From: Fibrobacterales bacterium
GTDB lineage: Bacteria > Fibrobacterota > Fibrobacteria > Fibrobacterales > JAOPTW01
DNA length: 64,000 bases
Direction of reading: 5' to 3'
Assembly: GCA_051532035.1 (NCBI GenBank)
Contig: JAOPTW010000006.1
Span: forward strand, 64,001 to 128,000
Shown: one piece after another, positions 51,876 to 61,196 of the stretch
Numbering within the stretch: the first letter of the stretch is position 1
How the letters are laid out: each line of letters begins with the position of its first letter
The notes under the pieces: model-generated
The model's input: only the letters and a program-made list of their open reading frames with translations
The model's database searches: none
What the model was told of the DNA's origin: nothing
Program-made: the position numbers and the translations under genes

Positions 51876-54866
51876 CTATTTATGATATCGATACAATCCA
51901 CTTGATGTAGAGATAAAGTATATACCATCAGATAGATATTCAGCCTCAACCGCAAATAGATACTCAGTGCTCCCGTCTGGCCGTATTATCAAGGAAGATT
52001 GTCCACTCTGTAATAGATTGAGAAAGCCCTCTCTTGTTAATGACATCACTGAATTCTTCTTTTGAATATACATTCGAGCCGTTTCATCACTACTCTTCTG
52101 ACACTCACTTGAGCTCGATATTGACCCATGTACACCCCCTGAACTCAGGTTTTCGTCATTTTGCACCTCGGAACTCTGTGATGTTTCTGACCCATGTGAG
52201 CTTTCTATCTCACCACTTGAAGACAACAAACAACTACTTGATTCTAAAGCACTACTCACTTCATCATGTATACTACTTGTTTGATCCACCCCACTACTCA
52301 CCGCAGTCTCTGAACTTACAGTCTCATTCGACGAAGGAAGCTCTGTACTCCCATCACATGCTATGCCAAGCGGCTCATAGTTACACGCTGTATGCCATGC
52401 AATTTCTCGTAACTTCCTCCCCAGTGCCGGCTCAACAGTGTGTGCAACACTTCCATACACATTTAATATGGTATCCGTCAGCTCAAGAGGGCTCTTTTTA
52501 TATAACACCGAATAGTAGAGCATTGCAATCATATACCATCCGTCATTATTGGGGTGAATATCATCACTAAAAAACTGATCATGACTGGTCCTGCCAGGAA
52601 CAACTCCAAGAGCAAGAGAATCATATAATGCCGCCATTGTTTGACCTCCAGGAATCATAAGCATAGGCTTCCCTGTGGATAATCCTGCTATGCTATCTGC
52701 AATCAATTCCCAAACAGGAAGGTCTGACTGTAAGCGATCTCTCCACGGAACTGTTTGATTATTGTCGTAACACTCAGAACCTTCAACTCCACTAAAAATA
52801 CAGTGCCACGATTCAAACATATAGGCCTGTACATCAGGATTACCTTCTTTAGCCAAGCTATCAAACTTATAGGCATATTCATAGGTTTGACTATACGTAA
52901 TATGACTTTGAAGTTCGAGTGCCTCAGTCATCACAACATCCGTAAAAGTACCCGATGCAAAAGCGGCACCATATCCTTGATCCTGGTAACTATTACTCCC
53001 ATCATTATTCCAATTCCATTTAAGAGGCGAGCCAGGGATTATCTGATACCCATAAGAATTCTCATCGCCAGCATCTTCAGCAATGTAATTCACAAAGACG
53101 GGGATTGTCGTGTTCATAAGACTATGGCCAATATAAAAGACCCTTTTATTGATCGGCAATACCTCTTCATTAGATGACTGCTCTTCAGACGATACCTCTA
53201 TCGCCCCACTACTTTCAACAACGATTTCACTACTAGAACTCACTACGGCACCACTTTCGGGCATGAGCATAGGCGCATCAAGAAGGGCCTGGTATTTAGG
53301 TGCTTCAATTTTGAGGTCACCCGCAGTTAACTGCCCCAAAGATTCAAGATGCCCCCATGATCCATATTGCGATTCGCGACCGCCAACATAACTAAATGCG
53401 GTAAAGAGCGAGACCCCTGCATCTATATGACGTTGCAAATTTTTAATGTAGAGATCATACATTTTTGGGTGCACTTGTGCATCCCATACCGCATGATTAT
53501 AATCCCACTCTTGTTGTTGATATGGCTGCATATGTTGGCCACCTTCATAAATAATATACTCCATTCCAAAGTCTTCTGCATACTTCTTATGAGCATCGAC
53601 AAACCTGCCTGTGCGTGACTCATACAAACTATCAACGGCATCAATAATCATCTCAGGAGTTACGGATGATGGCTCGAGACTATTCCAATAGTTGTGTTGA
53701 TCTTCGCCAAAACCAAAGTATGCCGTGGGAGATACCGCATCGGCACCACCACCATCGTCATCAAAAAGGTACTCTAAAATGCGCCCCGTATTCCCTGGCC
53801 ATCCTCCTTGCACTGCAGCTACAGTGATCAAACGCGAACGTTCACTTGTCCACACATCATTCCATATGCTAAAGGTACGCGCCATAAGATACGCATCTTT
53901 TTCGGGGTGACACCCCTCTAATGAATTACAGTATTTCATACTCACCGCCTCAAGACCCGCAGTAACTTCTGGCTCTCCCCCTGGAGCATTATCCGTTGCA
54001 TAGTGCGATTGTTGAAATATCCAATTCCACAACTCATTAGAATACTCGATATACACCTTAAGTTTAGGGTCGAGCCGCTCTTTGACCAGCTCTGCAAATT
54101 TGGTAATGTATTCTCTATTGGCTTTGTGCGGTATACAAAACCAAGGATCAACTTGTAGTTCGTTTGCAAGGGCTATCGCATGCTCAATAGCTATACCCGC
54201 AGCCTGATTATTATTATCATAACCCCGCCCTTGGGAATAATGATACACTTGCGTACGTTTTTCCCAATCCTCTGACTGCGAGTTATTCGCTACCGTCCAA
54301 TTCATAAATCGTAAGGTCTTGAAAGGACGAAGCCCAGCAAGAAACTCTTCTCTAAACAAAGGAATTTCCTCTTCAGGAGTATTTTCATAGGCCACTGGTA
54401 TAATCTTAAAGTTTCTCAGGTAATTTCCCGCTGTTGAACGAGTTATATTCAACCACTTATGCCCCCCAGCACCAGTGAGTGTTATATAGTGATTTCCACC
54501 ACGTTCCTCATGATCGACACTCCAATTGATATCTCCCTCACCATCGAAGGTAACTCGATATTCACCACTGTAAGTATTATTAATGAGAAAACGAACTCCT
54601 GTTGGAGCGCCATTTACTGATATGGGTAGCTCGGTAGGGTATCCTGCCGAATCCCGTGGAATTTGGTCTAATACCTGAGTATTCCAGCCAGAAACATTTA
54701 CCGTAAAAGTGATCAGCTCAGAGGCTGAAGTCATAACATCGGTAAATGGGGCACCAGATGACCAATAATTGAGACTTCCTATATTCATCCCCATCTTCAT
54801 TTGATTATTTTGGGCCATAAGTGATCCCAAACACAACCCAATTATTACTGCTATTACACGCTTCAT
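51876..54866 (-). CDS. Secreted modular protein: putative GH-A-like TIM barrel + Ser linker + SGNH-like domain + Ser linker + short C-terminal tail
   Basis: LRFMNW, PWFCIPH, EYSNELWN, YEGGQH; then FYIGHSL..DDIHPN; tail LSDGIYFI. Confidence 0.65.
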   Translation of the reverse strand: MKRVIAVIIGLCLGSLMAQNNQMKMGMNIGSLNYWSSGAPFTDVMTSASELITFTVNVSGWNTQVLDQIPRDSAGYPTELPISVNGAPTGVRFLINNTYSGEYRVTFDGEGDINWSVDHEERGGNHYITLTGAGGHKWLNITRSTAGNYLRNFKIIPVAYENTPEEEIPLFREEFLAGLRPFKTLRFMNWTVANNSQSEDWEKRTQVYHYSQGRGYDNNNQAAGIAIEHAIALANELQVDPWFCIPHKANREYITKFAELVKERLDPKLKVYIEYSNELWNWIFQQSHYATDNAPGGEPEVTAGLEAVSMKYCNSLEGCHPEKDAYLMARTFSIWNDVWTSERSRLITVAAVQGGWPGNTGRILEYLFDDDGGGADAVSPTAYFGFGEDQHNYWNSLEPSSVTPEMIIDAVDSLYESRTGRFVDAHKKYAEDFGMEYIIYEGGQHMQPYQQQEWDYNHAVWDAQVHPKMYDLYIKNLQRHIDAGVSLFTAFSYVGGRESQYGSWGHLESLGQLTAGDLKIEAPKYQALLDAPMLMPESGAVVSSSSEIVVESSGAIEVSSEEQSSNEEVLPINKRVFYIGHSLMNTTIPVFVNYIAEDAGDENSYGYQIIPGSPLKWNWNNDGSNSYQDQGYGAAFASGTFTDVVMTEALELQSHITYSQTYEYAYKFDSLAKEGNPDVQAYMFESWHCIFSGVEGSECYDNNQTVPWRDRLQSDLPVWELIADSIAGLSTGKPMLMIPGGQTMAALYDSLALGVVPGRTSHDQFFSDDIHPNNDGWYMIAMLYYSVLYKKSPLELTDTILNVYGSVAHTVEPALGRKLREIAWHTACNYEPLGIACDGSTELPSSNETVSSETAVSSGVDQTSSIHDEVSSALESSSCLLSSSGEIESSHGSETSQSSEVQNDENLSSGGVHGSISSSSECQKSSDETARMYIQKKNSVMSLTREGFLNLLQSGQSSLIIRPDGSTEYLFAVEAEYLSDGIYFISTSSGLYRYHK

Positions 54867-55052
54867 ACTTACCCTCGGTATTAATTACTGGTTAAATATA
54901 TTTTCTCGGCCTACAGAATTGTATAAGGCGAATATTTATCCGTTGATTGAACGATCAACAACAATCACCATTCGCCAGCAGCAAATAACACTCACTAGTA
55001 GCATAACAGCTCTATTTTAGATATGTTTATCTGAGAGAATTGAGAGCTGACT

Positions 55053-55886
55053 ATGAAAGAGATATACGACTACCTAGATTACCGAGAATACATCAAAGAC
55101 TTCTATGAAGCTCAAAAAGAGAGGAAGTCTTGGTTTTCATACCGATACATTAGTCAAAAAGTTGGTATCGATGCCGGGTTTCTTGTAAAAGTCTTACAAG
55201 GTAAGAATAACATTACCGAAAAACACCTCCCTCAAATGATAACTCTTTTAAAGCTTGATGAAAAAGAGAAAGAGTATTTTGAGACCCTTGTTCACTTCAC
55301 CAAAGCAAAAACTCAAAAGCAAATCTCTATTTTTTTTAACCAACTCATCGACCTAAAGAACCTCAGTGCCACAATCATAGAGCAAAAAAAGTTCGAATTT
55401 TATTCAAAATGGTATCACAACGCCATCCGATCTCTTATCGATTTTTACGATTTTAACGACGATTTTGAAGCACTTGGAAACAAGCTCTCTCCCCCCATAT
55501 CTGCAAAAGAAGCTCAAAAATCTATTATTCTTCTTGAGGCACTGAACCTTATTTCAAAAGATGAGTCTGGCCGCTATCAGCTCATTGACACCATTATAAC
55601 TACCGGCCAAGCATGGCAATCCATTGCCATTTCAGAATTCCAACAACAGATGATTACCCTCTCACAAGAATCTCTATTGCGCCATCCCAAAAAAGATCGC
55701 GATGTTTCTACATTAACTTTTTCAGTACCAACAAATGAATTAGGTGAATTAAGAGAACGCATAACTGAGTTTAGATCTACAACGCTTAAATGGATTCAAG
55801 AGCAAACCAATGAAGATGCGGTATATCAACTCAACCTTCAACTGTTCCCTTTATCCACACTTAATCAAAATGGGGACGAATCGTGA
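55053..55886 (+). CDS. TIGR02147 family protein (Fibrobacter-expanded putative HTH regulator)
   Basis: IYDYLDYREYIKDFY, FSYR, WYHNAIRSL, RDVSTLTF, VYQLNLQLFPLS. Confidence 0.85.
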   Translation: MKEIYDYLDYREYIKDFYEAQKERKSWFSYRYISQKVGIDAGFLVKVLQGKNNITEKHLPQMITLLKLDEKEKEYFETLVHFTKAKTQKQISIFFNQLIDLKNLSATIIEQKKFEFYSKWYHNAIRSLIDFYDFNDDFEALGNKLSPPISAKEAQKSIILLEALNLISKDESGRYQLIDTIITTGQAWQSIAISEFQQQMITLSQESLLRHPKKDRDVSTLTFSVPTNELGELRERITEFRSTTLKWIQEQTNEDAVYQLNLQLFPLSTLNQNGDES

Positions 55887-57073
55887 GACTCATCTATGTA
55901 TTACTTTTTCTGCTGTGCCTATCCTGTACCGTCCCTGAACCCGAATACGTAGGAAACGGTTCCGAAACCACCAATGGCATTATTGCAGGCACTCTTACCC
56001 TCGAATCTGGTACCCCTGCAATTGCCGCAAAAGTACAACTGCGCGATAGTAGTACAACCGCTATAGACTCTACCACAACCAACAGCACTGGTTATTTTCA
56101 GTTTTCTAACGTCACCCCTGGAACATACTCACTTCTTGCCTCAGATAGTAATCGATCATTTCAGTGGTTCAAGGATAGTGTTACACTCAATGACACGTCC
56201 CCATCAGTTGAGTTTATCGAGACACTCTCCTCGGCTCGCACTATTAATTTTACAACTCCCACAATAAACGACAATATACAACTCAGAATATCCTTTCCAG
56301 AACTCGGACAAACTGAGAACTTCAATCATGCAACCGCAGGCCAGATCACTATCCCTGAAGGTACTTTTATCTACGAGTTATACGCATCACAGTCAAGCCT
56401 CTCTGATGCACAAGAAGTCCTCGTTACCATTGATACGATTAACCCAAACAGCGCTGACTCTCTAGGAACCATAGAAATCTACACACTCCAAGGAGACAGT
56501 TCTCAGGTGCTCTTTGATGACTTTGAAGACTCTGATCATATTTCAAATTTCTTCACCCCATGGTATACGTTTGATGATCGGGCAACATCAGGTATCAGTG
56601 CTATAAAAACCTTCGATGATCAGCCACTCAGCCAACCTCCTGGATTCAATAACAGTACAAATGCCGGTTCTATAACCTTTACCCTCATCCCTAACACTAC
56701 CTCAGACCCTGTATTTGTTGGCCTAGGAACTCACCTTGGTAAAGACTACACTCCATATCTTACCGATTTATCAAAACTTAAGTCAATAACCTTCAATCAT
56801 ACATCTACCAAACATCATACAATCACCTTTTGTTTAATCTCCAAACTCTACAACAACACTCAGCTCTGTACCTATCCAATCGATGCAAGCCTGGGTATTT
56901 GGGCGTCTAAAACCATCCCACTCAGTCTATTTAACAAAACACCAGCAATAACCCTTATTGGCAAAGAAGCATTTATGAAGGGAGTTAATAGTTTTGCTTT
57001 TATTATGAATACCGGGACGGAAAGTGGCGAGACAACTTTTAGCATAGATGACCTCATGTTTTATTTTGAATAA
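55883..57073 (+). CDS. Lipoprotein with carboxypeptidase-regulatory-like and CBM11/CIA30-like domains
   Basis: Lipobox LSC, GNGSETTNG, FDDFED..WYTFDD..VGLG..IDDL; GTGA overlap with the TIGR02147 gene. Confidence 0.65.
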   Translation: MRLIYVLLFLLCLSCTVPEPEYVGNGSETTNGIIAGTLTLESGTPAIAAKVQLRDSSTTAIDSTTTNSTGYFQFSNVTPGTYSLLASDSNRSFQWFKDSVTLNDTSPSVEFIETLSSARTINFTTPTINDNIQLRISFPELGQTENFNHATAGQITIPEGTFIYELYASQSSLSDAQEVLVTIDTINPNSADSLGTIEIYTLQGDSSQVLFDDFEDSDHISNFFTPWYTFDDRATSGISAIKTFDDQPLSQPPGFNNSTNAGSITFTLIPNTTSDPVFVGLGTHLGKDYTPYLTDLSKLKSITFNHTSTKHHTITFCLISKLYNNTQLCTYPIDASLGIWASKTIPLSLFNKTPAITLIGKEAFMKGVNSFAFIMNTGTESGETTFSIDDLMFYFE

Positions 57074-57216
57074 CGGATCCCCTTCAAGAAGCCCTTTAAG
57101 TTTCACTTAAAGTTGGTGGTCTATATGGTATAACTCCTCAAATTTAGAAAATTAAAATTTTAGATTTTGCCCATTCACCCCGACAAAGTGAGTAGGTATT
57201 ATGTTATGAGGTAACC

Positions 57217-57846
57217 ATGGACATTCAATCGCAAGGGGTTCATACCACACCACCAAACTCCTTACTCCAGGCATCACAATCAAATGCAAATGACAGTGCC
57301 GCCTGGAACAGTATATTAACCAAATACAGCAGTGGCTCCATCGACACCGATGACGCTATTGCTGAACTCTCACAGGTTGAGGGGGGGGCTTCTATTGCTG
57401 ACGCACACCAACCCCTCGTGGCAACACTCACTGAGACCGAGAGATCCATTCGGTTTTCACTCCTTAAAGAGCTCATGGCAATTGGCGATGATGAGACCGA
57501 TAAAAAAGTACAAGATAAATACGCCGAAGATAATATTCTCTATGGAGTCCCTGAGGGAACAGAAGCCGCTGAGGTTGACCCCTATTGGAATGCAGAAAAC
57601 ACCAGTCAGCGCCTGGTTGACTTTGCCCTCTCTTTTCGATCATATTTTACTCACATGGATGATGTTGAATTCTTAGAAGAGGTAAGAGCCGCCATGCTCG
57701 AAGGCTATGCACGAGCCCATGAAGATATGGGATTTACCGATGAAACGATTCCTCCCGACCTTGGGAAACTTTACAACGACACCTATCATTCAACGATGGA
57801 GAAAATCGATTCCCTTCTTACTACTGCAAAGCAGGACGCCGAGTAG
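57217..57846 (+). CDS. DUF5610-like domain protein
   Basis: WNAENTSQRLVDFALS..GYARA..TY pattern; GAGG RBS. Confidence 0.55.
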   Translation: MDIQSQGVHTTPPNSLLQASQSNANDSAAWNSILTKYSSGSIDTDDAIAELSQVEGGASIADAHQPLVATLTETERSIRFSLLKELMAIGDDETDKKVQDKYAEDNILYGVPEGTEAAEVDPYWNAENTSQRLVDFALSFRSYFTHMDDVEFLEEVRAAMLEGYARAHEDMGFTDETIPPDLGKLYNDTYHSTMEKIDSLLTTAKQDAE

Positions 57847-57857
57847 TCAGAACAATT

Positions 57858-57887
57858 ACCCCTTTCGGGCATACCTGGAAGGGGTTT
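57858..57887 (+). terminator. Intrinsic terminator-like hairpin
   Basis: ACCCCTTTCGGG-cata-CCTGGAAGGGGT-TT. Confidence 0.55.
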
Positions 57888-57942
57888 CATAGAACCCACT
57901 TGCCACGCGCCCAATTCCCAAGTTATTCACTATATTTAGAGT

Positions 57943-58314
57943 ATGAAACGATATCTTTTTCTCTTTTTAGGCACACTCTTTTTACTTCTCGGTATAGTGG
58001 GTATCGTCCTCCCCTTACTCCCTACAACACCCTTTTTACTTCTCTCTGCGGCGTGCTATATGCGCAGTTCAGAAAAACTCTACCATTGGCTTACTCATCA
58101 TAAAACCTTTGGCCCTTTGATCAATAATTATTTACAACACCGTGCACTGAGTCTCACTACAAAAATCACCGCCATCTCCACCCTCTGGCTCTTTATACTC
58201 TTTGCCACATTTGTAGTCACCCACCTTTTATGGGTACAGATAGCTCTCATTGTGATCGCAACAGGGGTTACATTCTACCTTCTCTCACTTAATACCATGA
58301 AAAAAGAGGTATAA
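57943..58314 (+). CDS. ybaN: YbaN/DUF454 inner membrane protein
   Basis: GIVLPLLPTTPFLLLSAACY.RSS..WL..HKTFGP. Confidence 0.88.
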   Translation: MKRYLFLFLGTLFLLLGIVGIVLPLLPTTPFLLLSAACYMRSSEKLYHWLTHHKTFGPLINNYLQHRALSLTTKITAISTLWLFILFATFVVTHLLWVQIALIVIATGVTFYLLSLNTMKKEV

Positions 58315-58317
58315 GCC

Positions 58318-60297
58318 TTAGTATTGGTCAAAGAAGTGACCAGGAACACCCACTCTATGGAGCATATCATCATAGACCTCTTTCACTGATCGATCCGATA
58401 CGTTGTTGTAAAGACCCCCTATCCCCCGCTGTGAACATGATTGCCCAAAGGGATTTCCGGGCCATGCAGTCTTATCATAACAACTGTTACAATCATCACC
58501 GCTCAGCATACCACATTGCACTCCCGAATTTTCACAGCTACTTGCAAAGATATAGTAATCGAGTGTTACATCTTCGAGCATGCTTGTCGCTAACCATATA
58601 TAGAGAAAATAGGCCTCGGCATCCCCCCACCAGACACCAGCACCCCAATTAAAAGTACCAATTCGGCGAATCATCTTTTTTACAACCCCTTCGATATTTG
58701 CATGATAAGCTTTTGGCGTAAATGCCCCATACCACTTTCCAATATCAATTACCGGTGGCGTATAGTTTTGACTCCCACCTGGACATACTGCATCGGCAAT
58801 GGCACAAAAATCATATTCATTTTGGGCGCAGTGCCCTCCAGGCACACCACACGCCTTACGTTCTGCCGACCACCACGTTTTATCCGGCCCATGTATATTA
58901 TTTAAGCTCGCCAAAAAGGTCATAGAGTGATCGTAGAGTGTGACGTTATGGTCTCCAAACGCAATAGTGATAGAGTCTTCCATCATCTGTTCTGCGGGCT
59001 TTTGAGGATACGCACAGAGCCCCGCATTAAACCTATTTGATCCATTTAATCCATGTAGATATTTACGCACTCCAAAAAAAGTCATAGACTCGGTAATATG
59101 AATCAACCCAGGATTAGTTGGGCCTTCATTCATGAAAAAGCTAAACCCAATCGTCTCTGGATAAAAGACTGCAAGACATTCATCCTGTGTATTCGCAACA
59201 TGACAACCCGCACATTCAGTACCACCACCATAATGCAGACCACCAATATCAACAGTCGTCTGACCTGGGATATCCATTGCCTGAAAACTCCCCCCTTCAT
59301 CATCAAGTATAATACCATAGACTGGATGACTTTTACTCGTCTCACCTCTACACCACTCGGGCTTTAGTGGCCTCTTGTCAGCAGTGACCATCATTTTACT
59401 CTCATCAAAATAACAGGCATTCAAGTCGGACATACTGACCCCATCCATACCATCTGCTAGTATTGCATCAAACCCTTCAGATTGATTCATATTACCCATA
59501 GCCGCACCAACATAATGGGTCTTATATCGTTCATCCTTCATTATCGTTGTCAAAAAGCTCATAACTGAAAACATCCAATAGTTGACATCATGATGATAGT
59601 TTACTGAATATTTAAGCCCTGTTGTAATTTCACCCATTGTCGGATGCGTTACCTCACCTCCAAAAATGGTTATCAAAAAAAGATACGCCAACTGCTCTTG
59701 AGAAATAAACAGATAGGACTGGTCATCGACTGCTTTCGTTGCATAAATACTAATCCAAGGAACTTGTTCTCTACCAAGTCCAGCAAATGGGTTTCGAGTA
59801 ATTAAGTCATTAGACCACTGATTAAGGGCCGTTATGGTTTCAGAAGAAAAATCCGTAGGAAAGGTATACCCAGAGAGAACACTATTAAAATTTATCGAGC
59901 CAGCCTGCGGCAAGACCACAGTTACAATATCAGGCTCAGGGTAAAAAAAGTACTTCCCCGACACACCCCCTGTTAACACCTCGTCACTACTACTCTCTGT
60001 TTCATTTGAAGAGAGCCATTCAGACGATGAACGGTCAACAGAAGAACCACCACTGCTACTCAATTGAGAGAGCGAACTCTCATAAAATTGTTGTGAAGAG
60101 CCCGAGGATTGTTTTTCTTGAATGACACTACTCTCAGATGAGAGGTCTTTTTCACTTGAAAGGTGCTCGAAACTCATCTCTTCTATTCCACTTGACACAT
60201 CATCAGAAGATTCTGTAACTGGCTCTATCGATTCTGTTGAACAACCACTACCAACCAATAAAAAAACAAACATCCAAACAATAACTATCTGATACAT
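58318..60297 (-). CDS. Cys-rich lipoprotein with a poly(ADP-ribose) glycohydrolase (PARG)-like macrodomain
   Basis: Lipobox GSGC, Ser linker; ISQEQLAYL, VDIGGLHYGGG-x11-QDE..YPE, DIGKWYGAF, GTFNWGAGVWWGD are collinear with canonical PARG motifs. Confidence 0.6.
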   Translation of the reverse strand: MYQIVIVWMFVFLLVGSGCSTESIEPVTESSDDVSSGIEEMSFEHLSSEKDLSSESSVIQEKQSSGSSQQFYESSLSQLSSSGGSSVDRSSSEWLSSNETESSSDEVLTGGVSGKYFFYPEPDIVTVVLPQAGSINFNSVLSGYTFPTDFSSETITALNQWSNDLITRNPFAGLGREQVPWISIYATKAVDDQSYLFISQEQLAYLFLITIFGGEVTHPTMGEITTGLKYSVNYHHDVNYWMFSVMSFLTTIMKDERYKTHYVGAAMGNMNQSEGFDAILADGMDGVSMSDLNACYFDESKMMVTADKRPLKPEWCRGETSKSHPVYGIILDDEGGSFQAMDIPGQTTVDIGGLHYGGGTECAGCHVANTQDECLAVFYPETIGFSFFMNEGPTNPGLIHITESMTFFGVRKYLHGLNGSNRFNAGLCAYPQKPAEQMMEDSITIAFGDHNVTLYDHSMTFLASLNNIHGPDKTWWSAERKACGVPGGHCAQNEYDFCAIADAVCPGGSQNYTPPVIDIGKWYGAFTPKAYHANIEGVVKKMIRRIGTFNWGAGVWWGDAEAYFLYIWLATSMLEDVTLDYYIFASSCENSGVQCGMLSGDDCNSCYDKTAWPGNPFGQSCSQRGIGGLYNNVSDRSVKEVYDDMLHRVGVPGHFFDQY

Positions 60298-60628
60298 CAA
60301 TAAACCCCTATTACACAGAATGCTGTACGCCTTGTATAAGGTAGATTATCTCTACCACTTTCCGCAATTGAATACCCATAAAACGCCTTCTTTATGTAAT
60401 TTAAACATTAAGAGGAGACTCAAGTTCGTTCTCGGCCCCAACACTTACTTTGATTTATTTGAGTCAGAAAGAGTCTATATCCCTGAACGATACCCCTTAT
60501 TTTGCCGCCATTTTCACCCAAGGGACAGTAACTTCTAAAATTAATAAAAGAGTATACTTTAATTATACTTGTTACAATCTAAAAGCATATATTATACATA
60601 GAGTTACACTAGTACATTGGAGTTTATA

Positions 60629-61153
60629 ATGAAGTATCTACTCACTATCGCAGCCCTCGGCCTCATAGCCTGCACTTCAACCAAACCCAATACAGAGGCC
60701 AATGTGACTACCAAACCTTCACCCGTAGCAATAGTTGAAGAGAGTGAAAGTCAGGAACGCCACCTCGCCATGACACCCAGCATACTTGGAAAATCAGGAA
60801 TGAAGCTCAGTCTTAACAAAGGCGAATCCATGCGATCTAATGAGATACTTCTCACCGTAACACTCCCCGACAAATGTGAAGACATAGAATCAAATATTAG
60901 TTTTGATGTTGATGGAACCTATTACTTTTTCCCCGCCGTCGAATCAGCTTCGGAATGCACCGTTGACCAACTCACCAGCCAGACAAAAACGATCGGAACC
61001 TATTTAGTCGACATTCGCTTTGTAGAAACAGTACTGAGAGCACGTCAAGTTCATGTCATCCTTGGAACAGCCATGGGAACCTTCACCAAAGGCGGGATTT
61101 CTACTGCACAATATGGTTTTAAAGAATTTCTTACCAAAGTAAACACGCTATAA
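60629..61153 (+). CDS. Hypothetical lipoprotein
   Basis: GGAG RBS; MKYLLTIAALGLIAC lipobox. Confidence 0.7.
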   Translation: MKYLLTIAALGLIACTSTKPNTEANVTTKPSPVAIVEESESQERHLAMTPSILGKSGMKLSLNKGESMRSNEILLTVTLPDKCEDIESNISFDVDGTYYFFPAVESASECTVDQLTSQTKTIGTYLVDIRFVETVLRARQVHVILGTAMGTFTKGGISTAQYGFKEFLTKVNTL

Positions 61154-61196
61154 CACACCTTAAGAGCGAGGGACACTTCTTTGTTTGTGACCCCAT

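Noticed and set aside
57161..57186. Sigma-28-like promoter (TAGA-N14-CCCGACAA) before the DUF5610-like gene
   Set aside because: Several mismatches and short spacing; too weak to call.
54919..60341. Shared TTGTATAAGG upstream of the 996-aa gene and the PARG-like gene
   Set aside because: Only two copies, at different distances from the starts, in AT-rich DNA; not distinguishable from chance by eye.
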